Shown: in pieces, positions 1-7,498 of the stretch | Position numbering within the stretch: the first letter of the stretch is position 1 | Layout: the number at the start of each line of letters is the position of its first letter | Origin: Endozoicomonas sp. | GTDB taxonomy: Bacteria > Pseudomonadota > Gammaproteobacteria > Pseudomonadales > Endozoicomonadaceae | Assembly: GCA_965208385.1 (NCBI GenBank) | Contig: CBDBOO010000093.1 | Coordinates: forward strand, 181,284-213,283 | Reading direction: 5' to 3' | Length of the DNA: 32,000 bases | The notes under the pieces: generated by a model | Databases searched by the model: none | Told to the model about the DNA's origin: nothing | The model's input: the letters and a program-made list of their open reading frames with translations, nothing else | Program-made: the position numbers and the translations under genes

Positions 1-1249
1 TGGGCTTCACTTCGTTCTGCACCAACCTACGATAGTCTCAAAATAAGTGTCGCATTTTCATCGTACAGATCGACTTGTTAGCGTAGGTTGGGCTGAGGGA
101 CGAAGCCCAACAATTCTGTCAGCACATACTGCTGCCAATGTTGGGCTTCACTTCGTTCTGCACCAACCTACGATAATCTCAATACGATAGTCTCAAAATA
201 AGTGTCGCATTTTCATCCTACAGATCGACTTGTCAGCGTAGGTTGGGCTGAGGGACGAAGCCCAACAATTCTGTCAGCACATACTGCTGCCAATGTTGGG
301 CTTCACTTCGTTCTGCACCAACCTACGATAGTCTCAAAATAATTGTCGTATTGTCATCCTACAGATCGACTTGTCAGCGTAGGTTGGGCTGAGGGACGAA
401 GCCCAACAATTCTGTCAGCACGCTCTGCTGCCAATGTTGGGCTTCACTTCGTTCTGCCGCCAACCTACGATAGTCTCAAAATAATTGTCGTATTGTCATC
501 CTACAGATCGACTTGTCAGCGTAGGTTGGGCTGAGGGACGAAGCCCAACAATTCTGTCAGCACATACTGCTGCCAATGTTGGGCTTCACTTCGTTCTGCA
601 CCAACCTACGATAGTCTCAAAATAATTGTCGTATTGTCATCCTACAGATCGACTTGTCAGCGTAGGTTGGGCTGAGGGACGAAGCCCAGCAATTCTGTCA
701 GCACGCTCTGCTGCCAATGTTGGGCTTCACTTCGTTCTGCCGCCAACCTACGATAGTCTCAAAATAATTGTCGTATTGTCATCCTACAGATCGACTTGTC
801 AGCGTAGGTTGGGCTGAGGGACGAAGCCCAACAATTCTGTCAGCACATACTGCTGCCAATGTTGGGCTTCACTTCGTTCTGCACCAACCTACGATAGTCT
901 CAAAATAAGTGTCGTATTTTCATCGTACAGATCCACTTGTTTGCGTAGGTTGGGCTGAGGGACGAAGCCCAACAATTCTGTCAGCACATACTGCTGCCAA
1001 TGTTGGGCTTAGCGTAGGTTGGGCAGAGGGACGAAGCCCAACAATTCTGTCAGCACGTTCTGCTGCCAATGTTGGGCTTCACTTCGTTCTGCACCAACCT
1101 ACGATAGTCTCAAAATAAGTGTCGTATTTTCATCGTACAGATCGACTTGTTAGCGTAGGTTGGGCTGAGGGACGAAGCCCAACAATTCTGTCAGCACGTT
1201 CTGCTGCCAATGTTAGGCTTCACTTCGTTCTGCACCAACCTACGATAGT
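1..1249. repeat. Tandem array of a 141-bp non-coding unit (at least 9 units, truncated by the window start). Each unit is a ~91-nt imperfect hairpin of two inverted GTAG-headed arms (REP/REPIN/BIME-like) plus a ~50-nt linker.
   Basis: The unit marker TGGGCTTCAC (TAGGCTTCAC in the last copy) starts at 1, 142, 297, 438, 580, 721, 863, 1004, 1073 and 1214. Spacing is 141-142 bp, apart from one 155-bp unit (14-bp insertion at 176-189) and one 69-bp truncated unit (1004-1072). The array ends after CCAACCTACGATAGT at 1249. All frames contain stops; the 63-69 aa ORFs in the track only reflect the repeat period. Confidence 0.9.
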
Positions 1250-1302
1250 GGTCTGTTTTATGACAGCCTAAAGCAAATCAGGACGTTATTTTTAGACTAC
1301 TC

Positions 1303-4212
1303 CTAAGTCAATGGAATTGATCTATTCTCGAAACAGCTCAGATTCCGACAGACTGTCTGGTTTTTCTCAGCCTCTTCAAAGTCTGCGTCTTTATGATTAT
1401 TACCGTAACTTTTTACTTCAATGGATAAGGCATCTTTCTCAAGAGTGGCTTTACGGTAGAGTGCAACCAGCTGTTCACGGGTAAGATTGTTGACCGCATC
1501 CGCAAAACGCTCAGTTTCCCTGAAATCAAACTCCTGAGCGTCAATGGCCCGGCTATATTTTCTGGTTCGGGCAGAGAGGCCAATATCCTTCTTCAATAGA
1601 TCCTGAACAAGCCCTGCTTTATATTTCTCCAATTCTTCATCCGGCATTTCAGCAATAACGGTTAACTGGTTCTCAATAAACGCAGTCATGCGATCTTTCA
1701 GTTTGTCGGGTCCCAGCTTGGGCGATTGAATCAGGAAGACAAAACCGGGTCGCTGTTTAATTCGCATGGGGCCAGCCCAGACCACATAACCCAGCTGTTG
1801 GTTAGTGCGCAATTCCCTGAAAAAATCAGTACCAACCAGTTTTCCCAGTAAGGCATAGGTTGCCCTGGTTTCTATCCTTTCATTATCGGCTTGATAATAG
1901 AGGACACTGGTCGAATCCGTGTGATCAATCTCCATCTGTATGGTGGTTGCCGGAACATCTTGCAAATTATAAATTGAGCTGATGAATGGCGCTGACTGTT
2001 GTGTTACCAGAGATTGGGCGGATCTGGCAATCTCTGTTGCTGTGCTTTCTGTCAAATTGCCGTGCGTCAATACGTCAACGTGGGCGTTTGCCAGAAAACG
2101 TTCACTGAATGCTTCTATATCAGAGGCTTCAAGAGGGTCAAGGGCGATAAGCTGAATTGAATTACTGTAATAGCCAGGAAAGAGAACACGGTACACGGCA
2201 TCATAAGCCTGATCATCAGGGGATTTAAGACTGAAGTTGTCTAAATCTTTTTTCAATCGTTCTTTCTCCAGTTGCAGTGCTTCTTCAGACACTGAGAAAC
2301 CAGCCAGAGTTTTAAGAATCTTTCCCAGTAGCAGTGATTGCTTATGGCTAAAACCTGAAACCTGCAGAATCAGTCCTTCACCTGTGTCTTTCAGGCTGTA
2401 TGATAATCCAGCTTCCAGTGCGGGATAGGCGAATTCATTGATCTGGCGCTGCAGCAACCTATTGAACAACGAAAGCTTTACTCTATTACTTGCACTGACA
2501 GCAGAAAGTTTATTGGATATTTTGATTCGTATGTCTGACTTCGGTGTTTTAAAGGTAGTGTCCTTTTTAAACCAGAGACGCAGACCTGGTTCGTTAATCA
2601 GTTGTGAAGGAACGTCGCTGTCAGAAGCTTCTGAGATTAAATTCAGATCTTCAGGAATATAGGGATTCTGACCCAGGATGCTCATGGCTTTATGAGTTTG
2701 AGGTTCTGCAAGCCTTGAAAGTAAGGATTCTGACAGCTGGCTGATGCTGTATCCTGTACCGTAGTAGTATTCCTTTTGATCCAATTCGAGATTTTTTCCG
2801 GAAACAATCAGACGCATATTGTCCGGTGATAAATAGCCCAGAAAATCATTCACCAGATCAGGGTCGAAACGATTAAATACGGCATCGATATTCAGGGCGT
2901 GTTTGGCCGGGTAGTTTAACAGGTTGTTTGACAGATCAATCACCATGTCTCTGGGTCTGTCAGATTCTTTATACCTGAAGTTCAGGGCGGCCAGCTTTCC
3001 GGTTTCATCAAAGAGTATTTTCTTAACACCCTTCTGTTTTATCAGGTTGATATAATCAAAAGTCAGAGCGGTGATTTCTTCAGCCTGACTTTTTCCCTGT
3101 TCTGTCAGTTCCATATTGATGGAGAAAATACTGAACTCGCCGGAGTAGTCCCAGCCACCGGCAGAAAGGGATTCAATATAGCCTTTTGATTTCAAATAAC
3201 TGTGTAGGCTTCCCTGTCCTTCATTGGCCAGTAATCTGCCAATATATGCCAGTGGTTTTTCTGCATAATAGGGTTGCGCACTGGGCATAGGAAAAACCAG
3301 TTCCAGGGCAGTACTGTCTTTAAGGGATTCAATATTAATCCGTACGCCTAGCTGATCTTTCAGAAAGGGTTTCTGCTGAAAAGAATTGTCTGGTTTTTCC
3401 CCTACAGGAATATTGCTGAAAGATTCACGAACCCATGATTCGAGTGTTTTTGTGGTTTCTTTACCATAGACAACAACGCTCATGTTACTGGCAACATAAT
3501 ATTTTTCGTAGAATGTCTGTAAATCCCTGAGCAGGGATTTACCATCATCATTATTAAGTGTTTCCAGTGAGCCGGTACTGAATTTTGCATAGGGATGAGC
3601 GGGGTTTGCGGTTGTTCCCTGGGTGATATAGTTTCTCCAGCCGTCATTTTTGAAACCCATTCTGAATTCCGAATCCACAGCGTTTCTCTCGCGGTCCACA
3701 TACAGTTCGTCAAGAATGGGGGTAGCCAGAGATTGGGCCAGTCGATCCAGGGCAGGGCGGAGGGAGTCAGCGTTTATCTCAAAGTGATAATTAGTATGCT
3801 GGCTACTGGTGAACGCATTATTAGTACCACCATTGGCACGGATAAAGTTTCGATAGCCATCAAGTGTCGGGTACTTTTCGCTTTTCAAAAACAGCATGTG
3901 CTCAAGAAAGTGAGCAAGTCCCCTGCGGTTTGTTGGATTTGACCAGCTACCAGCATCAACATCTATAGCCGCCGCGGCTTTATCAGCGGTGGAATCCGAT
4001 ACCAATATGACCCTAAGCCCATTCTCGAGAGTAAGGGCTCGATAGCTTCTATTATCTTCAGGGCTTTTGACGACAGGTTGATCAGATGTTTTTACTGAAG
4101 CTGTTTCATTAGTGTCTGTGTTGCTGCATCCCGATAAATTAAAGGTCAGCAGACTGACGATGATTGCTACCAGAGGTATGGGGTAGCGTTTGGTTTTTCT
4201 TATAAAATACAT
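1303..4212 (-). CDS. ptrA: M16 family zinc metallopeptidase (pitrilysin/protease III-like), predicted lipoprotein
   Basis: 969 aa, close in length to E. coli PtrA. It has the inverted zincin motif HFLEHMLF (HxxEH). The N-terminus has a signal peptide ending in the lipobox-like LSGC (MYFIRKTKRYPIPLVAIIVSLLTFNLSGC). Confidence 0.88.
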   Translation of the reverse strand: MYFIRKTKRYPIPLVAIIVSLLTFNLSGCSNTDTNETASVKTSDQPVVKSPEDNRSYRALTLENGLRVILVSDSTADKAAAAIDVDAGSWSNPTNRRGLAHFLEHMLFLKSEKYPTLDGYRNFIRANGGTNNAFTSSQHTNYHFEINADSLRPALDRLAQSLATPILDELYVDRERNAVDSEFRMGFKNDGWRNYITQGTTANPAHPYAKFSTGSLETLNNDDGKSLLRDLQTFYEKYYVASNMSVVVYGKETTKTLESWVRESFSNIPVGEKPDNSFQQKPFLKDQLGVRINIESLKDSTALELVFPMPSAQPYYAEKPLAYIGRLLANEGQGSLHSYLKSKGYIESLSAGGWDYSGEFSIFSINMELTEQGKSQAEEITALTFDYINLIKQKGVKKILFDETGKLAALNFRYKESDRPRDMVIDLSNNLLNYPAKHALNIDAVFNRFDPDLVNDFLGYLSPDNMRLIVSGKNLELDQKEYYYGTGYSISQLSESLLSRLAEPQTHKAMSILGQNPYIPEDLNLISEASDSDVPSQLINEPGLRLWFKKDTTFKTPKSDIRIKISNKLSAVSASNRVKLSLFNRLLQRQINEFAYPALEAGLSYSLKDTGEGLILQVSGFSHKQSLLLGKILKTLAGFSVSEEALQLEKERLKKDLDNFSLKSPDDQAYDAVYRVLFPGYYSNSIQLIALDPLEASDIEAFSERFLANAHVDVLTHGNLTESTATEIARSAQSLVTQQSAPFISSIYNLQDVPATTIQMEIDHTDSTSVLYYQADNERIETRATYALLGKLVGTDFFRELRTNQQLGYVVWAGPMRIKQRPGFVFLIQSPKLGPDKLKDRMTAFIENQLTVIAEMPDEELEKYKAGLVQDLLKKDIGLSARTRKYSRAIDAQEFDFRETERFADAVNNLTREQLVALYRKATLEKDALSIEVKSYGNNHKDADFEEAEKNQTVCRNLSCFENRSIPLT

Positions 4213-4394
4213 TACTTATTACTCGTTCTTAATTGTGAATTGTGGACGACATAGTGCGATTGAGTCCCCAGACAATTGCAATGCAAAAAGCCCTTTACCC
4301 TGTTATATGCAGCATGAATCAGTGTGTGATTAAGCACGTTTTTATAATGCTATTTTATTTTTCTGTTACTTTCTTATGCTTCAGATTGTTTATG

Positions 4395-4425
4395 CATAAA
4401 ACATAAAACATAAAACATAAAACAT
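4395..4425. repeat. Heptanucleotide tandem repeat (CATAAAA) x4.4 in the divergent intergenic region
   Basis: Direct reading shows CATAAAA at 4395, 4402, 4409 and 4416, followed by CAT. It lies in the AT-rich region between the M16 peptidase and the TonB-dependent receptor gene. Confidence 0.95.
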
Positions 4426-4449
4426 GCCTCAGGCACTGATTCTATAAGG

Positions 4450-4463
4450 ACTTAAGCTTAAGT
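4450..4463. promoter_or_regulatory. Perfect 14-bp palindrome ACTTAAGCTTAAGT (candidate protein-binding site)
   Basis: ACTTAAG is the exact reverse complement of CTTAAGT. The site lies in the divergent promoter region, 143 bp upstream of the receptor start codon. Confidence 0.3.
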
Positions 4464-4518
4464 ATGTAGAAATATAATAGCCATATTCCACTTTAATATA
4501 ATAAAAAATATATCGTCT

Positions 4519-4550
4519 ATTGTATACAATATATCTTCTTGGGTTATAAT
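4519..4550 (+). promoter_or_regulatory. Candidate promoter for the TonB-dependent receptor gene: perfect 12-bp palindrome ATTGTATACAAT over the -35 area, plus a consensus -10 TATAAT
   Basis: TATAAT is at 4545-4550, 55 bp upstream of the ATG at 4606. The palindrome at 4519-4530 ends 14 bp upstream of the -10. No good TTGACA-like -35 is visible, which would fit factor-dependent control. Confidence 0.3.
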
Positions 4551-4605
4551 GGCGATGCAATTAGCCAACATAAAAAAATAACAAAAGCCGGAAGGTATAA
4601 AAAAT

Positions 4606-7257
4606 ATGAACACAAGGAAAACCGTTCTTGCTACGGCAATAGTTGCTGCCCTTAGTGGTCAGTCAGCTGTAGTCATGGCTGCTGATGGGGATGAGCAGGT
4701 TGAAAAACTTGAGAAGATACAAGTAACAGGTTCCCGTATATCCCGTGTTGATGTTGAAGGTGCTACACCTTTGACTGTTATTACACGGGAAGATATTGAA
4801 GACTCAGGTCTTATGACGGTTGCAGATGTTTTACAGTCGTCCACATATAACTCTTTTGGTTCTTATTCTGCCGTCGGTAATAACGCTTGGGGTAGCCAGG
4901 CAACTGTTGATTTACGTGGAGTAGGTGCTTCGAATACGCTGGTTCTGATTGACGGTAAAAGAATACCTTGGTCCGGTGTTTTATACGGCGGTATCGTTGA
5001 TGTGAACTCGATTCCTGCGGCAGCCGTTGATAGGATTGAAATTATGCCTGACGGTGCATCTGCTATTTATGGTTCAGATGCCGTTGCAGGAGTAATTAAT
5101 ATAATCCTCAGGAAGGATTTTGACGGTCTCGAAGTCTCTGTTGGTGGTTCAAGGCCAAGTACGGAAGGTGCTGATGAAGACTCCTATTCTCTTGTCTGGG
5201 GTGTCAATGGTGAGAAAGGTAATCTCATCGCTATTTATGAACATGACGAAACTGAGAATATAGGTCAGAAAGACCGATCGTATACTTCTGCTGGAAACCT
5301 TGACGCTCAATATACTCAAGATACAACCAATCTGTCAGCGACTGCCAGGACTGTCTATCTTGAAGGGGAGTGGGTTTGGAAGCCGATAGCAGGTTCCTGT
5401 ACTGACGACGAAGGTCGTGGTTTTTACGGCCCTTATGATGATCGTGATTATCCAGGTGATCGTGTTTGTAAATATGATTATACCCTGACTGCTGATCTTG
5501 CGCCTGAAATTACCCGCGATAATATTAATGTTATTGGAACTTATGAGCTTAGCGATGAAATCCAGTTCTCTGGTGGCATGAGCTTTGGTTCCAGACATGC
5601 AATAAATAAAGCTGCAGCTATACCTGGTTTCTTTGAGGTCGATGGTGAAACTGTTGGTGGACGGGCAATATTTGATGCTAATGGCTGGGAAGATGTTGCC
5701 ACAGGTACAGCTCAGTTTGAATATCGCTTTAACCAGTTGGGTCCGCGTACTTATGATATCAGTAGTTATGATCTTTCAGGTCATGCAACACTAAATGGTA
5801 GTCATGAATTTGATTTTGTTGATGACTTTTCCTGGGATCTGACGTATTCGCAGACACGAAGCAATTACACCTCTAATAATAAGAATATGCTCGCCAAAAA
5901 CAATATTGAACGTTTGGCAAATGATAATGCAGATTTCTTTTTAGCAAACGGTGATATCAATGAGCAGTATCTCACTGATCTTCGTCATACCTGGGTAGAA
6001 GATACAAAAGTTAGAGATAGAAATGTTACTGGTGGAATAGGCTTTAGTGCCGGCGAGTTATCTGGCGGTTCTGTCGGATACTACTTTGGTGCTAGTTACC
6101 TGAATTACACACTGAATAAAGAGTATGATCCTCAGTCAGCTACCGGTGATATTGGTGGTGTTTATGGTGGTGTTTATTCTGGAAAACGTACTATTAAAGC
6201 AGTGTTTGGTGAAATGCTGTTGCCATTTACTGACCAGTTTGAGCTGAACCTTGCTTTACGTCATGACAGGTACAGTGATTTCGGTACAACAACTAATCCG
6301 AAAGCTGCCGTTAGATATCAGCCAGCCGACAACCTCGTTTTCAGAAGTAGTATAGGAACCAGCTTTAAGGCACCTAACTTCAGTCAATTATACACTCCTT
6401 CAAGTACAGGATATTATGAACAGACTGATTATACTGCTTGTGCCGAAAATGGTGTTTCATTTGGTAGTTGTGAAGTTGAAAAAGACAGCATGAAGGTTAC
6501 CAGTGAAGGTAATTCAGATCTGAAAGCAGAAAAAAGTAAAATGTTCACGTTTGGTGCTGTTTACGAACCAATCGATGAGCTGACATTAAAGTTTGACTAC
6601 TTTAATTTGCAGACAGATGATCTTATTCAGCAGATTTCAGCTGGTTATTACATACAGCAGGAAGCACTTAATGGAAGAGGTTCAGAATCCAGAGTTACCC
6701 GATTAGGTAATGGAACTCTTGATGAAGTTGTTGTTCACACCACAAACATCAAAGAGAGAAAAATTTCCGGTATAGACTTATCGGCTGACTATGATCTTGA
6801 TCTGGCTGATGCAGGGAAGATGGATTTTAATCTTTCCACGACTTATACGTTAAACTATGAGTACGCCAATGAAACTCAATATGAAATCTCAGATCATATT
6901 GGATTTAACGGACTACCTCAGTATAAAATCAATGCTACTGTCGGATATACAACCCCAAGCGATACTCATCGTGTATCATTGAGTGCATATCATACTGCTT
7001 CTCAAAGTGAATCAGCTACCACTCGTTATAATGATGACGGTAGTGTGGCTTCAATTACAGAAGAGGGACATGTAGCTTCAAATACCAGGTTTACGATTAG
7101 TTATCGTGTAAATCTGCCATGGGATGGAGTTTTCTCTGCTGGCGTTCGTAACTTGTTCGATAGAGGCCCGTCTTTCTATGATGAAGTCAAGTACAGTGCT
7201 GAGCTGTATGGTGTTTCCGGCAGAACTGTATACGCTAACTACACCCAGACGTTCTAA
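4606..7257 (+). CDS. TonB-dependent outer-membrane receptor
   Basis: 883 aa with signal peptide MNTRKTVLATAIVAALSGQSAVVMA. Plug-domain motifs are present (EKIQVTGSRISR, IEIMPDGASAIYGSDAVAGVINIILRK). The long Gly/Tyr/Asn-rich region fits a beta-barrel, and the C-terminus YANYTQTF ends in an aromatic residue. Confidence 0.9.
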   Translation: MNTRKTVLATAIVAALSGQSAVVMAADGDEQVEKLEKIQVTGSRISRVDVEGATPLTVITREDIEDSGLMTVADVLQSSTYNSFGSYSAVGNNAWGSQATVDLRGVGASNTLVLIDGKRIPWSGVLYGGIVDVNSIPAAAVDRIEIMPDGASAIYGSDAVAGVINIILRKDFDGLEVSVGGSRPSTEGADEDSYSLVWGVNGEKGNLIAIYEHDETENIGQKDRSYTSAGNLDAQYTQDTTNLSATARTVYLEGEWVWKPIAGSCTDDEGRGFYGPYDDRDYPGDRVCKYDYTLTADLAPEITRDNINVIGTYELSDEIQFSGGMSFGSRHAINKAAAIPGFFEVDGETVGGRAIFDANGWEDVATGTAQFEYRFNQLGPRTYDISSYDLSGHATLNGSHEFDFVDDFSWDLTYSQTRSNYTSNNKNMLAKNNIERLANDNADFFLANGDINEQYLTDLRHTWVEDTKVRDRNVTGGIGFSAGELSGGSVGYYFGASYLNYTLNKEYDPQSATGDIGGVYGGVYSGKRTIKAVFGEMLLPFTDQFELNLALRHDRYSDFGTTTNPKAAVRYQPADNLVFRSSIGTSFKAPNFSQLYTPSSTGYYEQTDYTACAENGVSFGSCEVEKDSMKVTSEGNSDLKAEKSKMFTFGAVYEPIDELTLKFDYFNLQTDDLIQQISAGYYIQQEALNGRGSESRVTRLGNGTLDEVVVHTTNIKERKISGIDLSADYDLDLADAGKMDFNLSTTYTLNYEYANETQYEISDHIGFNGLPQYKINATVGYTTPSDTHRVSLSAYHTASQSESATTRYNDDGSVASITEEGHVASNTRFTISYRVNLPWDGVFSAGVRNLFDRGPSFYDEVKYSAELYGVSGRTVYANYTQTF

Positions 7258-7391
7258 AGTTTGATGCAGTTGGGCATGGCCTTCTTGGCAGCGGGTCATG
7301 CTCTTTTTTAACTTTATGTAAATTGCTGTACCCGTTTTCATTGAATCTATGAATAGGCAACTAGCTCATAGTTTTAATGGGGCGGATTTAT

Positions 7392-7439
7392 AAGGCTTAC
7401 AAATTCGGTATTATATGTTGTGCCGGAGTTGTAGGCCTT
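7392..7439 (+). other. Hairpin between the receptor and DPP-IV genes (11-bp stem including one G-U pair, 26-nt loop); function unknown
   Basis: AAGGCTTACAA (7392-7402) pairs with TTGTAGGCCTT (7429-7439). There is no strong downstream T-tract, so I do not call it a canonical terminator. Confidence 0.25.
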
Positions 7440-7498
7440 TTATGTCTTTAAGCCAGGACAATTTAATTAACTGGCTATTAACGATGAAGACGTGAATT

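Noticed and set aside
343-1118. Three ORFs of 63-69 aa in the track (343-534, 626-817, 909-1118), two of them nearly identical, which could suggest a repeat-protein gene. The 141-bp unit is also a multiple of 3.
   Set aside because: They are generated by the tandem DNA repeat. Each ends at the TGA in GGCTGAGGG once a 142-bp unit shifts the frame. Two start at a non-ATG codon (TTG at 343 and 626, GTG at 909). All six frames contain stops in every unit pair, and I saw no Shine-Dalgarno sequence.
1-1249. CRISPR array (regularly spaced repeats containing a palindrome).
   Set aside because: There are no unique spacers. The ~50-nt stretches between hairpins are themselves repeated, with only two or three variants. 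The period (141 bp) and hairpin length (~91 nt) do not fit CRISPR repeats, and no cas genes are nearby.
1-1249. Integron attC sites or an array of ORF-less cassettes. Each unit contains GCCCAAC ... GTTGGGC, which fits the RYYYAAC / GTTRRRY core-site consensus in the correct order.
   Set aside because: The segment bounded by these cores is only ~42 nt, shorter than known attC sites. The outermost stem of the unit does not carry the R''/R' consensus. No intI, attI or cassette ORFs are present. The match is probably a coincidence of the GTTGG/CCAAC-based palindrome. An attC covariance model (e.g. IntegronFinder) on the full locus would settle it.
4213-4605. Fur box upstream of the TonB-dependent receptor.
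   Set aside because: The AT-rich sequence gives only weak partial resemblance to GATAATGATAATCATTATC, for example around AATATAATAGCCATATT. No convincing 19-bp match is visible by eye, and a PWM scan would be needed.
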